A stretch of 63,898 nt of DNA, filler included, from Choristocarpus tenellus KU-1152 (taxonomy: Eukaryota > Protista > Phaeophyceae): the NCBI GenBank assembly GCA_964200185.2. It is 9 parts of 9 records of this genome, joined end to end, with 100 filler letters (N's around TTAATTAATTAA, not from the genome) between each part and the next. Parts side by side here need not be neighbours in the genome. Positions count along the whole stretch, not along the records: positions 1 to 8,790 come from CAXNAD020004329.1; positions 8,891 to 21,789 come from CAXNAD020001669.1; 7 more parts are not named here. One strand, written 5' to 3'. The position numbers and the translations under genes were made by a program. The notes below the pieces were generated by a model. The model saw nothing but the letters and a program-made list of their open reading frames with translations. It was not told where the DNA came from and did not search any database. This document shows, piece after piece, positions 1-12,300 of the stretch; the stretch's first letter is position 1; every line of letters starts with the position of its first letter.

Positions 1-687
1 TGATCCCAAATCGACAGCCACCACCCCCTCCCAGATACTTTGAGTCAAACTCACCCTCCACAAGGGCTTGCGATGGTTGTTGTAGAGATCCGTCGCATGG
101 GATGAGCCCGTCCCTAACAACACCTGGTTGCTCTTAGTCACCTCGATGTGCTCGGAGGTAATTGACTGTGTTATCTGTGTGACCCGGACATACGGGTTGC
201 AGGGGAGGTGTTGAGTTGATGGAAACCTGAGTGCTTGGGTTTTTCGTCTCCAACTTGAGTGGGAAGAGATCTGGCGCAGGGCAAACGGTACCAAGGTCGA
301 ATGACAGCGTCTCAACGAGAACCGTGGTTGATCGAGCGTGGGATGACTTCTAGGAAAAGGTTCCTTTCTCTATTCTGGATTATATCCTCCCACAGCGCAA
401 CGCAATGCACGATGTTTACCTCGAAGCGTGGGGAACAATTTAGACAAGGTGGGATGAGAGCGTCTACTCACGTTTATGGAAGCATTTCCCTGTGTGTAGA
501 GACCTAGTACGATCGTCAGAGCTAAAATGACCTTCATGGGTGACCTGCTTTCTAGCATCACGTTAGGTAATCGTAGGACGCGCCAGCTCTTCGTGCGGCT
601 GTCCCGTTTTATAAACTTGTGTGTGCTTTTTCCCGTGACGCAGGAACCTGTGTTGTTGTGAGTGTTGGTACAAACATAAATACTGAC

Positions 688-959
688 GGTTTCGTGTGAG
701 GTTTCTTCCAGTTGTTGAAACAATGAACAATGTTAGATTGATCGATTGATTATCACACATAAGTTCAAAGTATGTGGTAGTCATGAGAATTCAGAACAGG
801 GAGATATTGTGTATTGTGGTTTCGTGTACGGTTTCTTGCAGTGGGTGGAACAATGAACAATTAATAATGACATGTTAGATTGATTGATCGACTGATTATC
901 CCATGTAAGTTCAAAGTATGTGGTAATAATGATGAGAATTAGTAAGAGACAGATATTGT
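688..959. repeat. Diverged tandem duplication (~125-140-bp unit x2)
   Basis: GGTTTCGTGT...ACAATGAACAAT...TAAGTTCAAAGTATGTGGTA...AGATATTGT is present at 688-810 and 818-959. Confidence 0.8.
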
Positions 960-1489
960 CAATGAGAATAGAGAATACTCAAATCAATGATCAGAAGGAA
1001 AAAATGATAGAATAGTTGAATATTGAAAACAAGAAATAGGGAGACCCACCAATCATGTGGACGGAGAGAAGAAATAAGATCCATTTGTAAAGTAATGAAG
1101 TTCACCAAAATGGGAGATGTATTAGTCAAGTGGACAGACACACCAAAACAATACTTAGGGTTAGGAGCACAATCAAGCGCTATAATTGGTCCAAGAAGGG
1201 ACACATATCCATTGGCACTTCATAACATAAACGTAAAGTCCTTATACACGTTAGGAACAACCTACCACCACCAAGACCAAGAGTATGTTTGAACAGGGAA
1301 AGAAATCTAGTTCCGTTCCCCTCCAAAGAAGAAGAGGGGAAGACACTCTGCAGGCAATTATTCTTACAGCTGGTGGTCAGTCGGTTAATAAGGCCTAGTT
1401 CGTGTAACAAGCTATGGCCATTTCGATCTAAAAGACATCCTAGGTATCAATCAAGTATCTAATCCTAATTTACACACTGCAACATAAAC

Positions 1490-1800
1490 CCGCTGAGTAG
1501 CTGTGATTTTGAAAGTCCCGATGTTGTCTCGGAGGCACCACCACCAGTTTTTTACTGGATCTCCCTTCTCCCCCTTTGATTTGTACGTGTTGAGTTCTCC
1601 AAACATGAGGTTTTAGGGCAATTGCCCATCGTCCATCCACACCATGAAACCTGCAAATAACGTTGCCTAAGAAGTCGTGGCCAGAAGCTATGAGAACAGC
1701 TGTGTATTAGAAGAAAAGGCCTCCTTCCTCCTTTTTGAATGGTCAAACACTTGACTATGTTTGGAATGACATTGCTGCAGAAAGCTGCCACTTCATCATT
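1490..1800 (-). mobile_element. RTE-clade LINE 3' fragment (decayed)
   Basis: Translation FAGFMVWMDDGQLP*NLMFGELN...GDPVKNWWWCLRDNI matches the typical RTE C-terminal M...RLPK..MFGEL...W..C..D motif. Confidence 0.65.
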
Positions 1801-1849
1801 GGTCGCATCATTAATATGGCACCACCACCGGCTGGATCCACGGTCTGTG

Positions 1850-2072
1850 CGTTTTGCATTTTAAGGCACTTCTTTAATCTTTTGCAATTCACCCTTAATT
1901 CTATGGATGAAGTTCAAGTATTGACTTGAGTGTGTTGATTTTTCTATTGTTTGAAATTTTCAACAGGATTCAGAAAACTCCCCATATCCATTTCTACGAC
2001 AAGCCGAAATTTGCACATACTTGTCTGCATCCTTAAAATGCAACCCTAGGTACCTCTCGTTTACCTGGACTC
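1850..2072. mobile_element. MITE family B, truncated copy
   Basis: Shares TTCAGAAAA...TTTGCACATA.TTGTC.GCATCCTT and ends in TACCTCTCGTTTAC, like 29361-29622 in opposite orientation. The left boundary is approximate. Confidence 0.7.
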
Positions 2073-3737
2073 TCTTCTCCTCTTGTTGGTGTGTGGTGAG
2101 CACCTGTTGTTGCTCTCACATATACAAAATTTAAAACGAATAATTTTGATTTGTCTCTTCTTGATTCTGAAGAAGAAATTCAATTGATCAAATTACTTGC
2201 ATCATGGCCAAAAGTGCTAACATATTTTTAGCTTTTTCATTAGGCCATCCATCTCTTGGATTTACAATACGCAAGTCAGTAATTACAATATGCAAGTTCT
2301 GGGTACATCTGGCCTTCAAGAATTTGACTTTTCAAAAATTTCCACTCTTTTTTATTTATCATGTGGTTATGACAAAACAATCAAACAGGTATCATCATTG
2401 TCATTGAATAAGGTAGGTACACACCTTGAATTCCCAACCAAATGTGCACACACGCACAAAACACCAACAGATTGAGCCTCAATTCAACAAGTTCCCCAAC
2501 CAGCAACAAACTACACTGTACATGAGAAACTTCAACTTAGTTCCATCTTATAGAACTTGACCAAGAAAATTTGGATTTCTAAGCATTGACACTCTGGGTT
2601 TCAATGAGCGATTCTGGAATTCAAAACATTCTGTGCTATTTGGAAGCAGATGGAGTTGAATGTTGTTCTGAATGTTGTTCTAGGCTTTGCGGAGGAGGAT
2701 GACATACCACAGGAGGAAGAGAATGGTCCCTTGGTGGAAACAAGTCCACTCCCACATACTGCCTATCCCGATTGAGAGCAGCCCTCTTGTCTATGAACTA
2801 AAAGACAGAAGGAGCACAATAAGACCTCCACATCCAATCTGTGTATAAGGGGAGTTGAGCTTGGTGCTTTCAAGGTTGAGGGAAGACTCCCGACAATTGA
2901 TTATGAATGCGAAGCTTACAACAACCCACCCAAGTGGCGGTGGAAAGCGCCTAAGATTTCCCTGCCTGGTCAGACTTCCCTGCCACATTTTGACCATTCC
3001 TACTACACAAGCAAATTCAGAGTGTATGATTTCAACACCTGGGAATATTGCGACCTCGAAATGGAACAGGGTGGACCCAGGTAATCTGCCATTCCTTGCC
3101 TTCCTCCGCAGCAACACCTGGAAGAATATGGATGTGTAGGAGGAGGCTGCTAAGAAAGGCAACAGAGGGGGGTCACCACCTGAAGACTGTAGCAGTTACA
3201 GCATTTTAGTAATTGCAATATTTTGCAGCCACTAATGTATGGGCATAAAGATAAAAGATAGCTGTACAAATCAAAAGAATATTTAAAATATGAAACGGCT
3301 TATTTCATAATACTCCTCTTAGCAACTCTTTCAGTCCCTTTTTCTTCTACAAAACATTATACATGCAGAAGTCTCTCACACATTACACCAAAGTATTGTA
3401 TCTCTAGTAGGGGGAATAGAGTACCCAAATGAAAAGTATCTCAAAGACCTTTATTCCTCTGGCAGGGTCCCCCACCAGGTGAGGGGCCAAATAGCCTTGT
3501 GGCACCCCAAGCTGCTCAGTGTTCAACTGCACGAAGTGTGCCTCACTCAATGCGTTTCATGCACGATTCTATGGTATAATGGATTACATTAAAATACATT
3601 GAATCTATCTCACCCTTCTCACAAATTCTCTCAATTCACAAAACTACTGTACAATATTACTATTAACAACTTCCATTCTCCCCTCTAAACGTTAAGTAGT
3701 TGGCCATACAAACATACAACAAGCAACGACCTTGAGT

Positions 3738-3772
<35 letters not shown>

Positions 3773-3807
3773 GATCTTGCTGGACAACAAAACATCAACT
3801 CATAGCT

Positions 3808-5035
3808 TCAATCGAAAAGCCCAAATTGGAAGGGCTCTGAGTTCAACATTGACGGCTGGCAAGGCACATCCAGCAGGAGCTTGGCCAAGTCTGTCAAATC
3901 TGCTGGAACAACCCAGTCCTCCAAGAAGCTTCCATCCAAAGTGGACTGCAAAGGGCATACATCTCCCTCAGCTTCATTTTGTTGTAGCAGTTCCAGATCC
4001 CCTGCCCCTTCAACAGGCCCCACCCCCTCCTTTACTCCTAACTCTGGGGTTAAATCTGTTTCTGGAATATATCCTTCCTCTAATTGTGCTTTCGTGCCCC
4101 GGTCCATGCCAATGGTTGAGTCCTCTGACTTGCTTTGCCTAGCACCTACTGCCAAACCTATATCATCCAGTATGGGATAGGAGGCTGGGGTGTGCTGAGA
4201 AGATGTAGTTGGAGGGATGAGAGTCTTGGGGGGACTGGGCATAGATGCCCGATGCTCCGTGTTATCTTCCTGGTAGATAACTTCATGTTGCAGTTCCTGC
4301 TCTTCTGCATATAGCCCTAACAAGTGCAGACCATTCTTACATGGGTACAGAATGCAGCACTTACTCCACGGACTAAGTTCAGCCAAAGGGGGAAGGGGAT
4401 TTTCCTTGCAATGCTTGTTGAAGATGCTGCACATATGGTTGTAGTCCTCTGGAGAGCCAAGCTTAGCCAGCTGAGAAGGGCAGCAAAAAAGAGAGGGGAG
4501 AGGGGATACAGCAGTTGTGTCATGCTTCGATGACACTGAGCTGTGGAATGCAAAGGTATCAGAGTCATAAGGAGGCTGAAGGTCTGGTGATGAAACGAGG
4601 GGAAGTTAAATTTGATACTAAGATTTGGGATTGAGAACAAGTACTTTGGGCTTGAGGTTCATCAAATGCCTTGTCCCCCATACCCTTTACCTTTCTCATT
4701 GCCCACTTCATCTACACGCTCTGACCAGCTCAACCCTCCTGAATACCTGAAAGGCAGCAAACTGGCATCGATACATCCAGACGGTAAGACGCGATACTCC
4801 TGGAACTCTCTCCAAGATCTGTGAAAAACGAAGGGAGAGCTTCAGTGCAGCGCCCTTCTTCCCCTGTAGCAAGAAGATGAATGACACCCAGAACAGGATG
4901 TGCATATTAATGAGCGCACTGGTATCAGGAGCGCAAACACTGCTGTCTATTTCCCAACCTTCCTCCCAACATCCTTGTCCCCCAGCCAACCCACCAATGG
5001 TCTTCAATGCCTCAAGAATGGGCTTATACTGGAAT
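3808..5035 (-). pseudogene. Possible spliced gene or pseudogene of unknown function
   Basis: The 242-codon acidic ORF 3808-4536 has a plausible acceptor at ~4472. Upstream exon-like blocks lie at ~5035-4960 and ~4863-4720, with an in-frame stop. No domain was recognised. Confidence 0.35.
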
Positions 5036-8000
5036 GGATGGACCTATGATAGCGGTCAAGGTAAGCTGCAGTTAGATGATGAACTACACACAATGAAAAG
5101 CATCAACGGTGTAGGTGTAGGGGAGGGAGTAGTATAGCAATCTGCACAATACTACAAATGAGAGCCAATATGGATCGATAATTACAAGGTCCACACATTA
5201 TGATTGCCTCCAGTACTGTGCATGGTACTGTGCAGAGAGTGGGCACTTACAACCATGCCATAACCAAGTAGTTATCATGCATTGATGGATTATGGCCATG
5301 CCCTTATTCAGCACTATCAGAATAGTGACTCACCCTACTCTTCAGGTAGTATCTACTAAGAATCACCGAAGATCAATAGTCTCATCTACAGAACAAGGTA
5401 TACAGGAGCGTCCACGTCAATGCATAACAACATACCACTCACCCATTGACACAAGAGTCCTACATGCATGAAATATTGGTCAGTGCTGTAGCGGCACCGT
5501 GCATACAAACACCCAGCAACCAAAAGTATACATATTTATTCAGGAAATGAGCCTGGAATTTAGTTGGCAAGAAGAGTCAGAGTAACTAACTACTCGTAAT
5601 CAGCAATTACACGATGGTGGTAGCTTGTAGGTGTGACACTGACTCTATTATGTACTCCAGAGTGCTTTGAAGTATTGAACGTGGGGCATTGACCAACAAA
5701 ACTTTGGTGATGCCTGTAGAGCTTTTCTCTTACACACTTGTAAACTCAGGTGCGAAATATCTGTGACAGCACATCCTCTCTTCTTTGACTCTTGAGTGGA
5801 ATACTCCACTTGAAAGAAATTTTAATATGTGTCACTGGGCATGTGGCTAGTTGTTTCTGACCAGACAAACAAGAAATGTTATAAAACATTTCAGCCATTG
5901 GTGGACTGTACTTGTCTGATATCGTAGGGTAGTATGTGGTATTTATCCTGATACTCATCAAAGTCGCAAGTGGAGGACTGAGTACAATGCTAGGGTTGGT
6001 ACACGGATAGATAAATCAATTCGTACTTGGAACAAAGCAGACAATTGTAGATCATCCAGTTCTGGCCATGAATGCTAATATTCCTCGACATCCACATAGA
6101 GCTCACACGTTAATACACACAATAGGAGGGTGGTAAACAATTGGATATGCCGAAAACATCAGAGTCAGGAGGCTGCATTGGGTGGTATTTATCCTGATAC
6201 TCATTAAAGTCATAAGTGGAGGACCTATAGCGACAACAGAGTAGCAACTAGGGATAGGTGGACTCATGTGGACTCATGAAAGTGATTGTTAGTAATTTAT
6301 GGCACTCCAGTTGCAAAATTGGATATTCCTTGGCATATGTGATGAAAATGACAGATGAGGCCAATTCTAGGATTACGTTATCGCTGGTTGGAGAACACGA
6401 GAAAGTCATCATTGGGGGGATATCGGGTCTACATCGATCAGTGATAAGTCATGCTGCCCCTGTCGCCAACGTTACCATTCCCAGGGCACTTGAATTTAAT
6501 TGTGTTCCGTCGTGAAAGAGTCAAAATAGAAGGACCAAGGGAAATAATGGGATTGGTAACTAGGCATAACAGATACACTTGTTCAGCGTCCTGTTTGTAA
6601 AAAAAAACATGACATTTTACAAGCTGGTACAAAGTCATACATTGCTTTGCACTTCTTGTGTTTCTTTTATTAAAAGCGCATGTGTGTGTCCTGTTAACAC
6701 CACTTCAAAAATGCGACCTGGGCATTCACATCCAAAGCAATTAGATATAAAACAAGATCTACATTCCCTTTTTCGGACTGTGACAGGACCAAGATGTCAA
6801 ATACACCAGATACCCCCAATAAATACAAAATACATGTGAAATAGGTTCTTTACGGAGTGTATGCATGTATAACCCTAACCCTATGTTTAAAAACTCATTC
6901 TCCTGGGCGCACAATACCAACGTAAGAGAAAAACATCTCATCTTTTTCCCTACTACTTGCCAGGTGTTTAGTTGTATGTATAGTGATACCTGGGAATCTG
7001 GCACACATACAGACCTTTCATACCTCACTCGTATATATGTACACATTTAATATCTTAGTTGTCAAGGGATGGGGAATGTTTAAGGCCAACCATAGTCATT
7101 CCAAATATCTAGATTCTCGCTGTATGTCGTCTGCTGCCCCTTACATGCCATGGCAAGGTGGGGGGAAACTTCAACAACACGGAGAGGTGCCTCATATTTA
7201 CATACGATTGACGTGCACTAGACCCTAGCTTAAGAGTCCAGTTCGAAATTGCACAAGGATGGTGCTGGGGTTCGTCATGATTGCAATCTGCCAAAACTGA
7301 AAAAAATAAGTACAATCAAAGTGTATAACTTACTTGTGGAAGGACTGCATCTCAAGCATAAAATAAACTTGTACTAAGTTAAAGGTATCTCAAATCCTTT
7401 CGAAGTACTCCAGTCTAGGATCGCAATGACACACAGAATGGCTACAGAGGAGGACACAATTGTGTATTATCAAACTGTCAGATGTACAGCACACCCTGAT
7501 CACCCCCCTTCAAAAAAATACCGAACACCACCCAACCACCCACCGCTCCTGGCCTTGAAACGTTGGTCATATACAGGGTATCCAGGGCCATGAGAAATGG
7601 GGCCACCTGACTGTGTCGAAGCTCTCTTGCTAATGGTTCGCACAGGCCACCAATGGTGGGGTGACATCCAGACAATTCACACACACCTGTACTTGGTGTG
7701 TCCCACACCGGTACCTCCCTATCAAATGATAAGATCAGTTCAAACCTGGCTCCAAACCCCAACAATAGCATTTTACATGGGATATGGTTTCTGAATGTTA
7801 GATGCGTAGAAGAAAGAAGACATACATACACCAATGAATATTTACTCCACAGTATTAACTCGTAGCATAGGGCATCGAACAAAGAGGTATTGTATTGTGA
7901 GAATTAACTCATGTCCTCTTCAACATGAATTCAATTGACTTGATAAGATCGAAATTCTCACACAGCGTACGAAGTGAGCCTCCAAGGAAATTTCTAGCAG

Positions 8001-8790
8001 GGCAAGCAGAATGAGAAGAAGAGAACCAACTCACTCAAACCCTTCAAATTCAATTCCAATGGTTCTAATTCCTCCAATGGAGCTACTTATGAACCATCAT
8101 GTCTCAGAATCCTACTATTGAACCAATGCGGGGTTGCATATTACTCCATTCCTGGATATGGAAATATAAGAGCCCTCACACTCTCTTGTTAGGAACAATC
8201 ACGTGAAAAAAAGGCAACCCACACACAGCTTTACAGAGCAGGGATCGTCTACTCTACCTGCAAATAGGCCCCCAGCATGCGACAAGGGGCCGAGTTCTCC
8301 GAGTAGTCAGATATTGTCACCGGCTAAGAATGGGGGTTTTAAACAAGTCAGTATGGGCGTATGAACTACACCATTGACAGTACAACCTACACCAACACTC
8401 TGGTGTAAGTCGAAGTGTGGAAGGTATATTTCTAGCAACAATTCTTTTTTTTTAAACGGATACAGACAAATCTCCTCTACACCCCCAGAATCCCTTCAGT
8501 CATTAGGTAGCGTAACAGAGTCGGACCCTCATAAACAGACAAAATTATCACTTAGCTACGTATGTTCCTGCTCTGGAGAAACTTTACACAGCTCATTTTC
8601 TAACAAAAGCCACCGACCCCATCTCCGGTTGCTCCTTTACAAATCCATGACAACCGAAAGAGTAGTATACATACCCCTGTGGCCTTTTACACTGAAAGAA
8701 AAAAGACAACAGTGGAGGTTCATTCGGAGGGACTGTGGTGCATAAGGCTCAGGAGTACAGTGCACCTTGGCTCAAAGTATCTGGGGGGGG

Positions 8791-8890
8791 NNNNNNNNNN
8801 NNNNNNNNNNNNNNNNNNNNNNNNNNNNNNNNNNTTAATTAATTAANNNNNNNNNNNNNNNNNNNNNNNNNNNNNNNNNNNNNNNNNNNN
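8791..8890. other. Assembly gap linker N-TTAATTAATTAA-N (also 21790-21889, 27909-28008, 36987-37086, 47047-47146, 53777-53876, 57533-57632, 61250-61349)
   Basis: An identical ~100-bp construct whose 12-mer puts stop codons in all six frames. It is artificial. Confidence 0.95.
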
Positions 8891-9332
8891 CCACAACCAT
8901 TTTTTGGGGGGGGGGGGGCTTCAATCATGAAAGAGAACGAAAATATTTTTCAAATGCAATTTGCACCCCCCCCCCCAAAAAAAAACCCCATCCTAACCAA
9001 AGAAAAAGCGAAATGTAATCAATAATCACGAACACAAATAGGCCTTATCATGTGAGACCATGTATATGCTGAAATAAACAAACAAAATAATGTATATATG
9101 GAAGGGTAAGAGAAATCAAACCTCATGCACCACACACCAATAAACACTCCATTTAAAGCACACAAAGAGGTTATCCAACACAAAATGCACACACAACACA
9201 ACACCAATAAAAAAGAGCATCTTTCATCCCCACTTGCATCCATTACTCATTCACCCCCTGCAAGTGGTCCAGCACAAGGGAGGTACGTAAACAGCCTTCC
9301 AATAGACTCCCAAAACACCTCCTGCAGTTCTT

Positions 9333-12300
9333 TCAGTGGGTCTGCACCCACCCCAAACCATCTTCCTCCCGACTGGAATTTGCAGTAATCTTGTTGATTC
9401 CAGATCCCCTAGGACCAGGTGGTCGTGGAGTTTCTACACTGCCTTTCCTGGGTTTCCCAGATCCTGGGGGGCTTTTGTCCAGGCTTCCCTCAAAAGTGAT
9501 GACCACAACGGATATGTCATCTCTGCTGTTGATCCGAATGGCTTCACGCACCAGATGCATCGCAACATTGTCCTAGCAATGAAAAAGAGCAAACAAAAAG
9601 TTAATGTGTAGTTATTACAATCTTGCATAATTATATATACGTAAATGCAAACAAAACTGCATCTTCATAATGGAAACACAAAATATGATGAACATATACA
9701 TGAAATATATATTGTAGACGTAACAGGTTAGGAAAAGCGAACCTGTGTACAAGTAACAACGACCACATCCCAACTGATAAACATCTTAACTACAAATCAT
9801 ACCTCAAAATTAAGCCAGTAAAAAAGAATTTCATTCCTCATGAGTGGTACTACCATCAAGCAAAACAGTTTGTTCTGATTCCTTGTCAAATTAGAAAAGA
9901 TGAAAAAATTACACCCAACATACAGGCTTTAAAAAAACACTTCAAGGGTGTATGTACTCTATATACCCCCCTACCCCCCCTGCCCGCCCACTGCAAACCT
10001 TAGCTTCCCCTGCTGTCCTGACACCGGCAGTTACATCATTGCCTGTAACCGCCACACTCTTGGGACCTGAACAATCATCCAGCCTGTTCCCACCATCATC
10101 CCGAGCATCTGTATCAGAGGAAGTCATTGCAGCCCTTCCACCGTACTTGCTAACATCAAGGGATGCACTGGTCAAACCAGCAGTATATCATGGAAAGGTA
10201 AGCAAGGGGTGTGAAAAAGAAGGGTTGGAGACTGCAGAGTCATTTGAGACACCTGCACTATGATTGGATGGAGCATCACAAACAACAGGGATTGGCTAAT
10301 GGTAGATATTGAACCAGTTGAGTTCCTCACAGTAAATAGATTGAAGTCATACTGATCATCCAACTTCCCACTAGATTCTCTCAGCAACACATCAAAATAG
10401 AAACACTTTCACAGCCTGGTTGGTCACTGACCGATCCAGAAATTGTTAGTCTCAACGCTAACTTGGAAATCACTAGCCAAAGTAGCAGTTTCACTCTATT
10501 AACCCCCGCACAGTAGAAGGACTTACATATACACCTTCAACCAATATTTACATTTGTTGAACTCATCCATTCACACCTACACATTAAAATAACAACTGAT
10601 ATCGATTCCTGCACCCTTTGCAAATTCCCTGTCTACTGCCACTCTTCCCCAACCCCATCTGGGCACAAGTGGTATATTGCCATTGCATACTCAACCATCT
10701 CCCAGGATGAAGAGATCCGGAAGATAAGAGACTGTCGATCATGGTGCAAGAACTTGGCACATCAATTGTTCATCACAGTTGAGAGGCACCATAGATGACT
10801 CAATGGCACTTCTGTTTCTGTGTGTATTTACCGTCAATAAAGTACCTAGGCTATGACTACGTTAGTAAATGACCCTATTCAACTATCCTTTACTCTACAT
10901 TGCAGTACATGGACAGCTTTTTACGTGCTGAAACCCTTTGCTCAACCCCTCAAAATGACTGAAACTGTCCATATATTTGCTGGCATCCGCAAAACCATTG
11001 CCACCCCTATCCTTCTCCAACCCCCAACCCCAGAGGCACACTCGCTCTAAAATAACCCTTGGTTCAATCCTGACTCAAAGTCAAGTATGACTCTCATTCC
11101 CACCTTGGAAACTTTCCTGAGTGTTTCCCCCTTCGCACGCTGGCATCCAATCCAGCACCATTCCTGCTCCGGTCCATAAAATCACTATTGGACATATTTG
11201 ATTTTGAACTTTTCCCCTTGCCTTTGAAAAATCGTCCAAGACCAGAGTTCTGTCTTTTCCTCATCCAACTGGCCTGGCGGGAGGGGGGGAGGGCCACTTC
11301 TGGAAAGAGGCTGAGAGACTCTTCTGAGTTCATTATTGTGGAAGCTCTTACGGCCAACTTACCATGAGATGCTTCCTTTTCTTCTTTTTCGCGTAACTTC
11401 CGAATACCCTGTGATGGGAAGGTTAGAGGTGTGATGGTTCACACAGTTTTGGAATGTGGGGGTGGTCCATGGGGAGGGTAGGCAACAGGGGAGTGTTGCA
11501 ACTAAGGGGGGGAGGGGGAAGGGGCTAGGTTAGCTAAATAGGAAAGTGAAGGCCGACTAACAGTTCAATGCAGTTTTGAGGCTATATATTGGTGTATACA
11601 ATTGCATTTGTGTAGTGTCTTGGCATGGCTTTGGGGTTGGGACTAGCAATTTGGACACTCCTATGAAGGTGTGAAGATGGCAATCTGGGTTGGGGATGGA
11701 GATGATGATAGATGCATGGGTGGGTCAGGAGCTGTAAGAGGGAAATATACAGCCTGCCTGTAGCAAGTTTGAAAATGAAACCCATGCCTCCATAACGCCG
11801 CCCCCAAGGAACAAGTTCACCGTCTGGCACCTTTAGGACAAGTTGCGCTACATCTGCATTTGTCATCACATCCCACAGTCCATCACTGGCCAACACCACA
11901 AAGGGTTCATTCCGAGCAGAGCCATCCTCACCTGAATATTTCAGCACAACAACAGCACACAGAACAACATGGTTCCAAATGCACAAGGTTGATCACACCA
12001 CGAAGCATTGAAAATTAAGAAAAAAAATGGGATTTAGCTGCAGGGTGAAGACATCCTGCTCGATCTATTGAACACATTGACTCAAAACACATGAAGAGTG
12101 CTAATTTGCTTAAACAGTTGGTGAAGGGGGGGGAATTTCCATAGCATTGTGCACACTATTTGAGGGTGACAAATGTAATCAAGTTTGGGGCAGGGTGTAG
12201 GGGACAAGAGAATATCATTATGATAATTGGAGTATTATTTTCACAATGCCATTAGCAAAGATTCAACACCTAAGATTAGTTTGAAACACCTGAAAATGTG

